Shown here: positions 11,713 through 23,316 of the stretch, piece after piece
Layout of the letters: each line of letters starts with the position of its first letter
Numbering within the stretch: position 1 is the stretch's first letter
NCBI GenBank assembly: GCA_013265495.1
Contig: MU058669.1
Location: 416,056 to 480,055, forward strand
Direction of reading: 5' to 3'
From: Vicugna vicugna
Lineage: Eukaryota
Length of the DNA: 64,000 nucleotides
Translations under genes and position numbers: made by a program
The notes under the pieces: model-generated
Databases searched by the model: none
What the model saw: only the letters and a program-made list of their open reading frames with translations
Told to the model about the DNA's origin: nothing

Positions 11713-14700
11713 CGAGGTGGCTCTTAAACCCAGATTGGCTCTGTCTGCCACGGGGAGCAGTAATGGAGCCATGTCTTTGCAGCCTTTTAATTCCTCTATT
11801 CCCTTGCTGGATCCCATTGCCACCTTAAAATTCAACCCATTTTACTCGCTTTAAAACTATAAAAATTCAGGAAGAAAATTTACAAAAATAGAGCTGCAAA
11901 AAAGCCCAGTAAATTCCGGCAGAATTGGTCTTGGTTAAGTACTGGCCTCCAGAAGTGGGATTGCTAATCTTGGCTCATGAGGGACATAATCACAGAGAAG
12001 GATCAAATATTAGGATGTGGAGGGAAAAAAATATTTGTGGTAAAACAGAGCAATAATTTGGAGAACTGGGCTCTGGTCTGCATCCCTCCCTTTGAGAATG
12101 GATTTCCCCTCTCCTGGGCCTCAGTTTCCGTGCCTGCAATACAAGGGGCTTAGACTAGATGACTTCTGTAGCACCCTTCCTGCTCTGACACGCAGGGATC
12201 ATTTAGCAAACACTCCCGACTGTCTTCCAGGTGTCAAGGCTTATATGCTGGAAGAGGACGTGGTTCCTACTTTAAGACATTTCCGGGAGGGGAGGCCACG
12301 ATGCACTCCTCAGCCACAGAAACTCAGGCATGTGGAGGCTGCCTCCTTTCCCCACCCAGCTGGGCAGCCGTTCTCTCAGAAACAAGATTCTTATTTTAAG
12401 TCTTCCTGGGGACATCGGCTCTTGCCTTACTGACTCTGACACACATATGGGATACAGTCAGATATATGCAAACTACAGAACCTGCTGCAAATACTGTCAT
12501 GAGCATTAAGCTTCCATGGGACACGCTTCTGGCTGCCAAGTTTGCCTCAGGGTGTTTTTTAGTGATGAGATCTGATGCCATCTCTGTGTAACAGCTGACT
12601 GTGGACAAGATACAATTAGCAAGTGAGATGGTTATCTTTTAAATAGGTCTTTGCTTTTTCATCCCTGATTCCATTACTCTCATCGTGTCACTGGAGCCAA
12701 GAGATTAAAGGCTGAATGTCCTTAGACCACTGCCTGAGAGAAGGCATTAGAGTATGAGCACATCCCTAAGTAGTGGCCCCATCACAATTAGATACAGAGG
12801 CCTGTTAAACACACTTCTTTCCAGGCCTTTTCAACACAAGCTTTCAAACAAACTCACAGAATCCCAGGATGCTGGAGTTGGAAAAGTCCTACAAAGTATC
12901 TGTTCCCTATATTGCAGCACTGCTGGGAAACAAACTGAGCTCAAGTCTGGGTTTAGTGGGAAAGAGACTGATAAGCAATGTCTGCCCCGGCCAGGGGAGG
13001 CGAAGGACAGATATGATGCACATTTACCTTTCCCCTTCCGAATCTAAGCCCTCACTTCACAGATGAAGAATCCGAGGCCCAGAGAGGTTAAACCACTTTC
13101 CTGAAGTTACGCAGTGAATTCAGGGCAAGAGAGAGAATGAAACCCAGGCCTCTGTCCCCTGACCTTCCTCAGCTGGGCTCCCTGGGAGACTGCAAACCCG
13201 AGAAGAAAAAAGAATGCAGGAAGTCAGATTTGCTTAGGTAAATCAACAACCCTTCCCTGGTGGTATCAGATTTCAGCTGGGCATGCAGACAGAGAAGAGA
13301 TTAGCAATCTAAAGGATCCCAGCCCCTCTGTGGAAAATTTAAGAAATCATTCCAAGGCTACATTTCTATGGTACTTAACTTTAAGATGGATAAGGCTCTG
13401 CTACCAGGAAGACTTAAAAAAAAAAAAAGGTCTGGGGGGAGTATTGATTTCTGGATATTCTAAGAATAAAGTTCAGCTCTGACACAATGAGAAAAACTCT
13501 TGATACTTAAAGTCATTGGTATTCCATTATCTCACGAATTTCTATTCCACAATTGCTATTATCCAATGAAGTCATTTTCATAAGAGATTATGGCTCAGAA
13601 ATGGGGAGGGACTGCACCACACTTCTTTACCATGGGTTTTTAATGGCCAGTTACCAAGCCTGGAATATGAAACAGACCAGAGAATTAAACCAAGATGTTA
13701 AACAGACCAGGACTAGGAATGAGAGGTAACCCTAAATTAAAATGAAGATGGCTTCAAGACTGGCTTTTATTGCCTGGTTTTGCAGCTTTTCAAGAAGCCA
13801 GCTGTCTGACAGATGAATGCTCAGATCCTAGAAGCATTATGTGTCCTTTATAAATCAGCTGCCCTACCCAGCTCCAGTGGTACACCCAGGATGAGCTACC
13901 AGGACGGCTATATAGACTTATGTTCTAGCACGTGGTAAGTGCTCTGAATTTGAAATCCTGTATTCTTTAATCCAGTGGAGAAATCAAGGAGTTAAAGGAC
14001 GACTACAACAGTGGGTATGTTACCCTCAAAGAAACTTCTCTCAAACCCACAAGGAATATAGTTTTCATTTGGATAAAGTCCTGCTGTCTGACTTCCTTCC
14101 AGAGCCTCTGTGGTTGTTTCTACTCCAAAAATCAATGAAGTGCTCTGGGATAATTCTCCACAATTATAAGAGTGACAAGCTGAGCTCAGAACCGGTCGGC
14201 CCTGTCGAAAAAAGCTCTGTGTGTTAGAGATGTCGGATTCCCCAGATAGCAGCCTGACCTGGTAGGTGCTCGTTCCAGCGCACTTGGGAGGAGGGATAGA
14301 ATACCAGCACTCAGAAGTCAGCCTCCTCCCTCAAGGCCAGCTGACATTCAAACATGGGACTGGGGGCCAAGCCTAGCGCTGTGCATCTGCAGGAGACTGA
14401 AACAAAAAGGGGCTGTGTGGAAATTTGGCAGCGTGTTCCTGAAAGGCAGCAGATGAATGCTGAATCCTATAGCACCTAGAAGAGCTTATCATTGGGGAAA
14501 CAGCTCCATTCTGCGGCTCCCAGGAGGCTAAGATTTTTTCTTAAAAGCAAGGATCATCAGTTGGCACCTCCTACCACCATCATCAAACCCTTTACCACTG
14601 CTTCCTCCTCTTCTCCTTCATGATATTCCAGAGAAAAAGAAATGAACAAGAGCTAGACCTTCCCAGATGAGCTTCTCTGTCCATTTCAGTTAAGGGCTTT

Positions 14701-15807
14701 GAGCAGCGCCCAGCTGTTGCTCCCCTCTCTCTGCCCAAAAGGCTGCCTTACTCCATCAATCCCCTCTTGCACAAGTGAGTAATTTACTTTGAAAGCTCAG
14801 GCCAAACTGGCAGTTAACCTTGACCTTCTCTCTACACATCTGGGTCTACAGAAAATGAAAATCAGGATGTCTCTGGCATCCACAGCAAATGAAATACGAG
14901 GGCTTTCTCCAGGCAGAGGCAGAATGTCAGGAGCTATTTTAGAACTGGCTACAGCTATTCCAAAGGAGAGTCTGCACTTGGGCAGGACATGGCCCCCTTG
15001 ATCTGAGGCTGCGTCCAGTATGGAGCCCCCACTGCTAGGGATGCTACAAGGGGCTCCTGGCTCAGGAAAGGAAAAAGAAGTGGCTGCTGTCCTCCACATT
15101 GATTCACTGATGGTTATCACAGTAAGCTGGAGCTGGACCAACAACCACATTTTACAGATGGAGAAAGGGAGGCTCAGAGAGGGAGACGGGAGGTGATCAA
15201 GGACACATACAACAAGTTAACACTAAAGCTGGGGACAGAATCCTGGCCTCTGGACTCTGATGCTAGTACAGGGTGGGAACAGAAGAAAGAGACCGTATGA
15301 AGGAAAAATCCATATAGATACAGAATTTAAGGAAGAGGGGTTTAAGTCAGCTGTCAGGGTTTCAACCAGGGGTTTAGGAAAGGAGTTGGGGCCTTCGTTT
15401 CCTAACAGTGAGATCTACCAGAAAGATCAACCAGGCCCTCCAGGACGGTTTGCAACAATTACTAGAGTGACAGGCTGCACTCAGATCGGTCAGTCCTGTC
15501 CCAAAGAGCTCTCTATACTCTACACTCAAGATGCCAGACAGTCCCAGACAGCAGCCTGATCCTGGGAAATGAAAGAAGCATCCAAAGTCAGCTTCTTCTC
15601 TTGTCCTGCCAACCATCAGTCAAGTTCAACCGTGATGCACAATTATCCACTTACCCTGGGATAGAGCAAATCCCACAAGAGAACCTGAAACATCCCTCTG
15701 TGTGAAACAGTTCAGGCATTTATACTCTCACTGGCACCCACTGAGCCAGGAGCTGGGAAGGTAGGAGTGATGTGACAGAGCTTTTGCTATCAGTATATAT
15801 GTACTTA

Positions 15808-15864
15808 CCACACACTCACACACACACACACCCACACACACATACACCCACACTCACACACACA
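15808..15864. repeat. Interrupted (CA)n microsatellite
   Basis: CACACACTCACACACACACACACCCACACACACATACACCCACACTCACACACAC. Confidence 0.9.
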
Positions 15865-16761
15865 AATGTGTATGAGTGAGTTCAGAGGAGACAAAAACAA
15901 TTAAGATCCCAGTCTTGGCTGCAAAGAACACCAAACCTAATCAGCCAAGACAAGTTCAGAAGGGGTCACAGGTACTCTGAGAAGCGACAGAGAAGGCATC
16001 TGATGTTCCACACTCAGAACAACAGGCACAAATAGCCTTTGGGAAATTTGGGAGTCCTTCCACCACAGCCCCTACTTCTGGATTCTCAGAAAGTCAAAGG
16101 CCCCTTAAAGACCAGCCGCACAACCACTCCAATCCCCCAGGGCCTGAAGCTCCAAGGGGAGCATGATCTTTGCATCCTTCAAGGAATCCACAGGATCTGA
16201 GAAAGAAATAAGGCTGGGAAGGAAGGAGGGTGAATAAATGTGGAGAGAAGGGAGGCCCAGGTGTTTCTTTGGGCAAATAGGTAAACAGGAAAGGGGCTGA
16301 CCTGAGTAGGGAGCACCGAGATCAGGAGGTGGGGGAAAAAGCAGAAAAGACCTTAACACCAAACAGAAGGACCAGCATCTTTATAATAAGGAGTCATCCT
16401 GGGATACAGGGATGCAGACAGGATCCTCCAAAAAAGACTGATGTTGGAAGAGGAGAGGAGACACCAGACAGGGGCAGAAAGGTAAGGATGGGTAACCTGT
16501 CGTAAGAAATGACCATCAGACTGGGCATCAGGAGTCCTGATTTCTAGTTCTGGCTCGGTTTCTGAATGGCATGGGGACATAGACAAGTCCCTATCCTTCT
16601 CTGAGTCTCAATTTTCCCATCCAAAAAAAAAGGGAAGAACAGAGAAGACTCTGGCGCTGACTCTGAGGAGGCAGACAGGGGACGGTGGAGGAAGGAACCG
16701 AAGGCTAGAAGTGAATTCGGGGAGAGCGTGCTCCCAACTCCATGGCAATTGGGGGACTCAC

Positions 16762-16920
16762 CTGTCCGGCTGCCGGGGCCACCGCTGCCCCGGATCCCCT
16801 AGGGGTGCCGTCGGGCTGCCGCTCGCGGTACAGCGCCCAGAGCCCCACGTTGGGTAAAAGGACCAGGGCCGCCAGCACCAGCGCCACCGCCTGCAGAAGC
16901 CGCTTCTCCTTCCGCCTCAT
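16762..16920 (-). CDS. GALNT10: GALNT10 first coding exon (53 aa: cytoplasmic tail, type II signal-anchor TM, start of stem); phase-0 intron follows
   Basis: Translates to MRRKEKRLLQAVALVLAALVLLPNVGLWALYRERQPDGTPRGSGAAVAPAAGQ, which I recognise as the N-terminus of mammalian GalNAc-T10. It ends at a consensus donor CAG|GTGAGT (plus strand ACTCAC|CTG, 16756-16764). 159 nt = 53 codons, inside a CpG island. Confidence 0.97.
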
Positions 16921-17059
16921 CGGGGCCGGTCAGCCCCGCCGCGCCCCGCCGGCCCCGCCGCGCCGCCCCCAGCTCCGCGCGTCCGCCCGTCCGCCCGGCG
17001 GCGGCAGCTGCTCACCGAGGAGAAGCGGCCGCGGCGCCGGCCCCGCTCCAACTCCGCGG

Positions 17060-17067
17060 CACTTCCG
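17060..17067 (-). promoter_or_regulatory. ETS/GABPA-type motif CGGAAGTG near the probable TSS
   Basis: Plus strand CACTTCCG, 140 bp upstream of the ATG; a common motif at CpG-island TSSs. Confidence 0.6.
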
Positions 17068-18829
17068 CCGCTCGTCGGCCAGGGAGCCGGGCTCCGCCAC
17101 TGCACCGCCGCCGCGGGGGGGTCGCTGCCAACACCGCTGCTCATGAGCCTCGCCGAACCGCGCCACCACCCCAGACTCCTCGGAGTCGGCCGGCAAGAGC
17201 TGTGAACCGCGGGCCCCGGCCTTCTTGTGGCTCCTCCTGCTCCTGCCGGGCGCGGCGGGACCCAGCGAGGACCGCTCCCCCCTCTCTAGCCGCGATGGTG
17301 CGGCCCGCTCCTCGGCGGCTCCCCCGCCCGCGGGAGCTTTGCGAAAGTCCGGGAGTTGGCGAGTTGGGCGCTAACTGGTGTGCGCTGGGCTGCGTTCCCG
17401 GGACCCCAAACTCCTACCCAGCCACGTCTGCTCCGGACTTTAGCCAACAGTTTTGGGGCTTCCCCTGGGATATGCAAACCGTGTAGGAGCCCGGCCAGAT
17501 GCTCCGCGCTTGCAGTCCCCGGGGCTGTGGCTTCCTTCCTTTCTACTACTCTCTTAGGCTTGGCTCCGAGAACCTGCGGACCTCCTTTGCCCCCCCGGGT
17601 CCAGGCATTCCCAGACGGGAAATGGGGCTGCACGCGCACGATTGTCTGGGCAGGCCCTGGTTGTCTTCCCTCCCAGTGCCTGGCGGTAGATGTGAACGCT
17701 GTCTGTAAACTGGGGAGTGCCGTTTCCGCTCACCACCTGTCTGTTGTCCCAGCAAACAGGCGAGTAGGTGACCAAAGCTTCTCTGCAGGACCTTCTCTCG
17801 CACAAGTCCAACCTCCTTGGAGTTGGAATGCCCTCCAGTCCCACGTGTGCCTCTAGGCACTCCGCTCACGGAGCCCTTTCTCGAAACCTCTTGTCGGTTC
17901 CTATCTCCCGTTCAGCTACTCAGCAAATTGTCCCAGCCACCAGGATGAAATGAAAACAGACTCGAACCCTGACGTCTGGAAGCTGAAACATTAAACACAT
18001 AATCGCATCAGACGAGCGAACGTGTCTATAACTGTGGTGAGGCTCTGAGGAAATCAGGCCGCCTGGGCGCTGCGGACGTCTGGTCGGGAAGCCGGACTCC
18101 GAAGGCGATGCCTGTGGCTTCTCGATGCTCTTCACTTAGTTGCTTTCTCTCCGATGCAGAGGGAGGACGCACCCTTTTGGTTGCCTTCCTTTTTGCCACC
18201 CCTACATGCGTCCTCTTGATTCCTGGGTCTCCAGCCCAGCCTCTGAGCCCCTAGCCTTGGACCAGCGTCCTGATGACTCCTCCCTCACCATTCTTCCAGA
18301 TCTAGGATGAGAAATAGGGATTCAGTTTCCTGTAGCTTGACAACTGCTACAAAACCTAAAAACCCATCACCTAGATTCTAGGGCCAACACTCCTCTCTCT
18401 CTGACCTGCTAGAGCTGATCAGACATCTCTCCTCCTCTCTGCCCTGCCAGTTGCTGGCTATTGTGGTTGCTGGCTATTTTCCTTCTTGTGCCATTCACCC
18501 GGCAGCTCCTTACATCCGGAAAGCCCCTTCCCCACCTATGTCAGTGGAACTCTTGTTCATCCTTCCATGCCTAGCTCAACTACCACCTCCTCCATGAAGT
18601 CCTCCAAAACTCCTCTTTAGGGGACTGCTGTCTTTCTTGGGGTTTCTGTCACAGAAATGCTTACCTTTTATTGAATGCTTACTCTATGCCAGGCACCATG
18701 TTAAACCCTTGATATGCATTACCTCTTTTCAGACTCACAGTTACTCTGTGAGGTCAATGCTTTTCTTATCCTTGTTTGCAAGTGTGATTCAGATTAAAGA
18801 AAGCTGCAGCCAGAATGACCCTAGTTTAA

Positions 18830-19075
18830 CAAAGATCAGATAGCACCACCCTTCTGCAAATCCCTCCAATGACTTCCCATCTTCCACCTGATTCCAAGAA
18901 GGAACTATAAGATCCTACAAGTCCATGTATGAACAGCCCTCACCTGTACTCTCTTCATTATACCCAAGCCCACTGGCCTTCTTGCTATTCCTCAGAGCAC
19001 ACCAGGCAGAGTCCTGCCTCTGGGCCTTTGCACTTGCTATTACCTCTGCCTAGAATGCCCACTCTTCCATCTCTA
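18830..19075 (+). mobile_element. L2 fragment
   Basis: CCCTCCAATGACTTCCCATC...CACTGGCCTTCTTGCTATTCCTC...GGGCCTTTGCACTTGCTATTACCTCTGCCTAGAATG. Confidence 0.8.
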
Positions 19076-19096
19076 GATCCTAGCCCTATGCCTTTT

Positions 19097-19587
19097 TAAA
19101 AAAATTTTTTTATTGTGGTAAAATATACATAATATAAGTTTTACTATTTTAACCATTGATTGTGGCATTAAGTACATTCACACTGTTATGCAACCATCAC
19201 CACTGTCCATCTCTAGAACTTTTTCATCATCCCAACCTGAAACTCTGTACCCACAGAACATTAATTATCTTCCCAGTTCCCCTCCTCCCCTGAACCCCTG
19301 GTAATCACCCACCATTCTACTTTTAGTCTTTATGAGTTTGACTATTCTAGGTACTCCATGTAAGTGGAATCATACAATATTTGACCTTTTGTGTCTGGCT
19401 TGTTTCACTTAGCATAACGTTTTTAAGATTCATGCATGTTGTAGCATGTGTCAGAATTTTACCCGTTTTAAAGATCGAATATTGTTCCATTATATGTACC
19501 TACCACATTTTGTTTATCCATTCATCCATGGATGGACATTTGGATTATTTTCACCTTTTGGCTATGGTGAATAATACTACTCTGAAG
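19097..19587 (-). mobile_element. 5'-truncated L1MB-like LINE with degenerate 15-bp TSD
   Basis: Poly(T), then ATTGTGGTAAAATATACATAA...GCAACCATCACCAC...GTAAGTGGAATCATACAATATTTG. Flanks are AGCCCTATGCCTTTT (19082-19096) and AGCCCTGTGTTTTTT (19588-19602). Confidence 0.9.
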
Positions 19588-21179
19588 AGCCCTGTGTTTT
19601 TTCACACTGCAGTTGATGAACAGTGTTTTTGTAACTGGACTTCCAACCTGTCTCTTTGACAAAAAGGGAAGTTCCTAGAGGGAAAGACAATGTTGTGACA
19701 CTCATACTCACCTCCAAAGCATCAATCATGGTGCTAGAAACAGCTGCTAGACTGATCCTTTCACAGACATGAGGCTCACTCTGCTCCTGGGAACTTGCCT
19801 TTAACTTCCCTGCAGGTTAGAATAATCTATGAGTATCGGTCTTCCATGATCTGGCCCAGCTTCTAGATTTTGACCTTCTAGTTGCAATGGTCTTCTTGCT
19901 ATATTCCTCAAATGCACCAAGTTGATAATGGCCTCAGGGTTTTTGCAAATTTGCTTTGCCATTGCATCTCTTCCTCTAAATCTCTGCATGGTTCTCTGCC
20001 TGCCCTGTCTCTCAGGAACCAAATCAAATGTTCCTCTGCAAGAGCTTCCCTGTCCAACTGATCTAAAATATCAAAGAGCACCTCCACCATCTCTGTATGT
20101 TGATTTTTCTTCAGAATGGGTATTAATTTGGGTTTCCCTCTCTAGAACGTGAACTCTAAGCAAGGAGGAGCTTTGTAATTTTTTTGTCCCCTACTGTATG
20201 TCCTGCCTCTGTTAGCACATACTTCTATTTTTGTGAATCAGAATACTGATGCTCCCTCCGGGTGGACGGATTTGCAAAAAAGGGTGCCCACCTCTCCCTG
20301 GGCCAAAGCCGAGCTAGCAGAGCCAGGACACCTGGATTTCAGCTCCTACTCCTGCTCAACCATGGCCTGGAACATAGTAGATGCTGAATAATTACCAGTT
20401 GAGTGAAGTACAGCAGCTGAGATCATCTATGGGAAAGTCTTCAGTGTGTCTCTCATCTCCACCCCTTCCAGCTCCCAGGAGGATTCTGTCTGAAATTGGA
20501 TTTGAGCTTTTCCTGTGTCTTACCTGAGTGACTTGTTGATCAAAGCCGCACACCAGCCGGGTCAGCCCTCAATGGACACTCTTAACGCATGAACCCAGCT
20601 TTAACCTCAGAACTCTCTGATCACATGTGGGATACGCCAAGTATGGAGTGGGGGCCGGGGTTGGGGTGGGGATCCTCTTAGGGCTTTATCCCACTGACTG
20701 AGACAATACCATTTCAGCTGCACAATGAAAACCTCCACTTCTGGTCTGAGCCTCTCCCATCTCAGCGTTCACACTCCTTTCCTATTAGATGGCCTCACCT
20801 TGGCTTTCTTAGTTTGGCTGCCTATTTGTCAAGGGCTGTATCCTCAGGCTGGTGTGGCTCAGGCCTGAGCTGAGGGAGTGTGAAAGTGGAACGAATGGAT
20901 CAGCAAGCCACGAGGTATTGTTCTGATAATCAGTCTACCTCTAACACTCTTTAACCTTGGCTAAGTCTCTTAGCTACCTGAGCCTCAATTTCCTCATATG
21001 TAAAAATGGGGATAATCGTGATTTCATAAAGATATAACTTCCAAGCTGGTGAGAGAGAGGTCTGCTTGACTCTAAGCAAAAGCCAAGAAGCTACGGGTGT
21101 TGGACTTACGTGTGTGTGGAAGCCTAAAGCCTTCCTGCTCCTCCTCTCCTTGGAGACTGCCAAGCTTGTCAATACACTC

Positions 21180-21460
21180 TGAGAGAAGCTTGCCTGAGCT
21201 CCCTGAGCAGACTAAGCCCCCCAGTTATGTGACCTCTTAGCAATGTCTTTCCTTAACAGTCGCAGTGTTTCCAATTACAGGGTGATTGTTTGATATCTGT
21301 CTCCTCCGCTGGACTGTTAGCTTCATGAGGACACAGATCATCTTGTGTCTGTCTGTTTGTTTGTTTTGCCCTGCAGCATATACTCAATGCCTGGGACAGT
21401 AAGTGGCCCAAAATAGGTCATTGACAAACATTTGGGAAATGAATGAATGAATCAATTAAT
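21180..21460 (+). mobile_element. L2 3' end
   Basis: TGTCTCCTCCGCTGGACTGTTAGCTTCATGAGG...ATGCCTGGGACAGT...GAATGAATGAAT. Confidence 0.75.
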
Positions 21461-22489
21461 CAAGCACTCATCTCTTTAAAATCTGCACTCAGGAAACTCA
21501 TTAACACTGGTGTCAGTGACCCAAATTGCTCTCTCTACCAGGCTGGTCATTTAACAAGGCTCAAACTTCCAAATATAGAGCAAGAGAACACAAGCCCTGG
21601 AACTGAGATCTCCCCACATGGCTCTATTAAGTCTGAATCAGTCCAGACTTTGCCCCTACCTTCCTGTGCAGCTTCAGACAGGTCACTCAAATTCTCTGAG
21701 CATCATGTTTATCATGAATGGATCCACAAGTGTATGTGGAAGCAGAAATTAGAGCTGTCTAGCTAAATATAGAATACGGTTGCATTAAATAAAGTAGTTG
21801 AACCAAATGCTTGTTGAGATCTTTTTTAATTCTAAAATTTGGCGACTCAGTCTTGCAAGGTCGGGTGGGAGAAGGGGAGCGAGGCATGGAACACCACTCA
21901 GGTGGTTCAATCCATTTAGTGTGTGTGATTTAGTGGCATTTCAGCTCCTAGTCTGAATAAAAATAAAGGGTTTGCAGGATGCCTATTTGAAATGACCTCT
22001 AGACAGAAAATTGCCTGTCTCTCTCTCAGAGTCTACTTTGTCATTTCCACACCGAGATGCCAATTAAACCAATCCTGCCAACTATAAAGGAATGCTATTG
22101 AATCAAGACAGTGGATGAGGAAGGTGTTTCAAGTAGGATACGATTTGAAAGAGCAGAGAAGGCCATACATTTCAAAGAGTAAATATACTACGTCATTGGG
22201 TGGATATATCTCAGAATATTAGTCAGACAGGTCAGATACAAATATCAGATGTAGAGGGAGCCATTAGCCTCCTGGCACTGCCTCTAAAATAAACACCAGG
22301 GCTTGGAAAATGAGAGTGCTTCCTGTTTAATTACTTCCCACTTTTGAATAAAGGAAGAAAGTTGTACAAAACACAAATAGAGAGGTGGTAGGGTGCATGA
22401 GAAAGGGGCATCCTAGAAATGTGAAGGCCCTTAGAGAAGTGGCACTGTCTGCGTGCACTTCTGTAAAATAAAGGTAGGCTTCTCTATAC

Positions 22490-22636
22490 CCAGTGGTCTT
22501 AACCTTTCACCTGGGGACCTTTAAAAACTATGGATGCTTAACCCAAACCCCAGACCAATTAAGTCAGACCTCTAGGGGTAGGGCTCAGCTATTCCTAGGT
22601 GATTCCAATCTGTGGCCAAGCTTGAGCGAACTACTG
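22490..22636. mobile_element. MER5-like hAT-Charlie MITE
   Basis: CAGTGGTCTTAACC...CCCCAGACCAATTAAGTCAGA...CCTAGGTGATTCCAAT...ACTACTG. Confidence 0.75.
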
Positions 22637-22703
22637 CTCTCTTGCTTTTGGCTCTAAAATCCTTCTAAGGTTTCCTTTGGTCTAAGCGGCATGTCATCGG
22701 ATG

Positions 22704-22720
22704 TTCCACTAGGTGGCACC
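22704..22720 (+). promoter_or_regulatory. Candidate CTCF site
   Basis: TTCCACTAGGTGGCACC closely matches the CTCF core CCAC(C/T)AG(G/A)(G/T)GGC. Confidence 0.6.
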
Positions 22721-23316
22721 TTCCAGCAAATTTCAGTGGGTCCAGAGGTCTCAGCTAGGTCTAACATCAAGGAATGAATAAAGAAAGCAAGGCTTGGTGG
22801 TCTTTACTGGCAATGAGGGGTCTGCACTCTTGAGGAGAAGGCTGAACGCATTGGTCAACAACCTGCTGGTGAGCAATGGAGCCACCAGAATGTTAAGATT
22901 CTTCCCTGCTAGGAAACTGAGGCCTGGAGAGGGAGCAGCTCCATCTGTTACTGCCCCGCTCATTCACTCACCAATGCACCGTGGTCTCTTCCCCTCAGTC
23001 TGTCCGACAGGAACAACAACCCCCCCACCCCCACCCCTAAAAGTCCTTGACTAACCCCATTATGGGCAATAGGAGACGTCTATTGTTTTCACCTCCTCAG
23101 TTAACAACACCCTGATATTCTTTGGGGATTTAACCTTGGCTTCCCAGGTGAGAGGCTGGATCAGAGCTGACTCCACCCTCAGCTACTGGCTTAGCCAATC
23201 AGAGCAGGCTATCCACTCCTGCTACAGAGATTGGTCTAGGGATGAATACTTGACCTACCTAAGACAAAATAAAAAAAACTGCGTTTGAATTCTGTATTTT
23301 TTAAAATCAGGAAGTA

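Larger units (their letters stand above)
1..16761 (-). other. GALNT10: GALNT10 intron 1 (5' part; continues past the window start)
   Basis: Begins at the GTGAGT donor. No ORF resembling the next GalNAc-T10 segment (GSHSRQKK...DWHD, from memory) is visible in 1-16761, and the region is repeat-rich. Confidence 0.9.
16720..17650. promoter_or_regulatory. GALNT10: CpG island / TATA-less promoter and 5' UTR of GALNT10
   Basis: Very GC-rich with dense CpG (e.g. 16921-17160) against a CpG-depleted background. GC boxes GCCCCGCC at 16933, 16943 and 16952; no TATA box near the exon. Confidence 0.92.

Noticed and set aside
16705..16761. Extension of the GALNT10 ORF to 71 aa (…GQVSPPIAMELGARSPRIHF)
   Set aside because: This is read-through past a perfect GTGAGT donor into intron 1; similarity to GalNAc-T10 stops at Q53.
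17061..17081. Mucin-type Golgi stress element ACTTCC(N9)TCCCCA in the promoter
   Set aside because: ACTTCC is present, but the second half reads CGGCCA; better explained as a plain ETS site.
16742..17869. Several overlapping 69-166 aa ORFs on both strands around the promoter
   Set aside because: Low-complexity Arg/Pro/Gly/Ala products of stop-poor CpG-island DNA with no recognisable domain; many use non-ATG starts.
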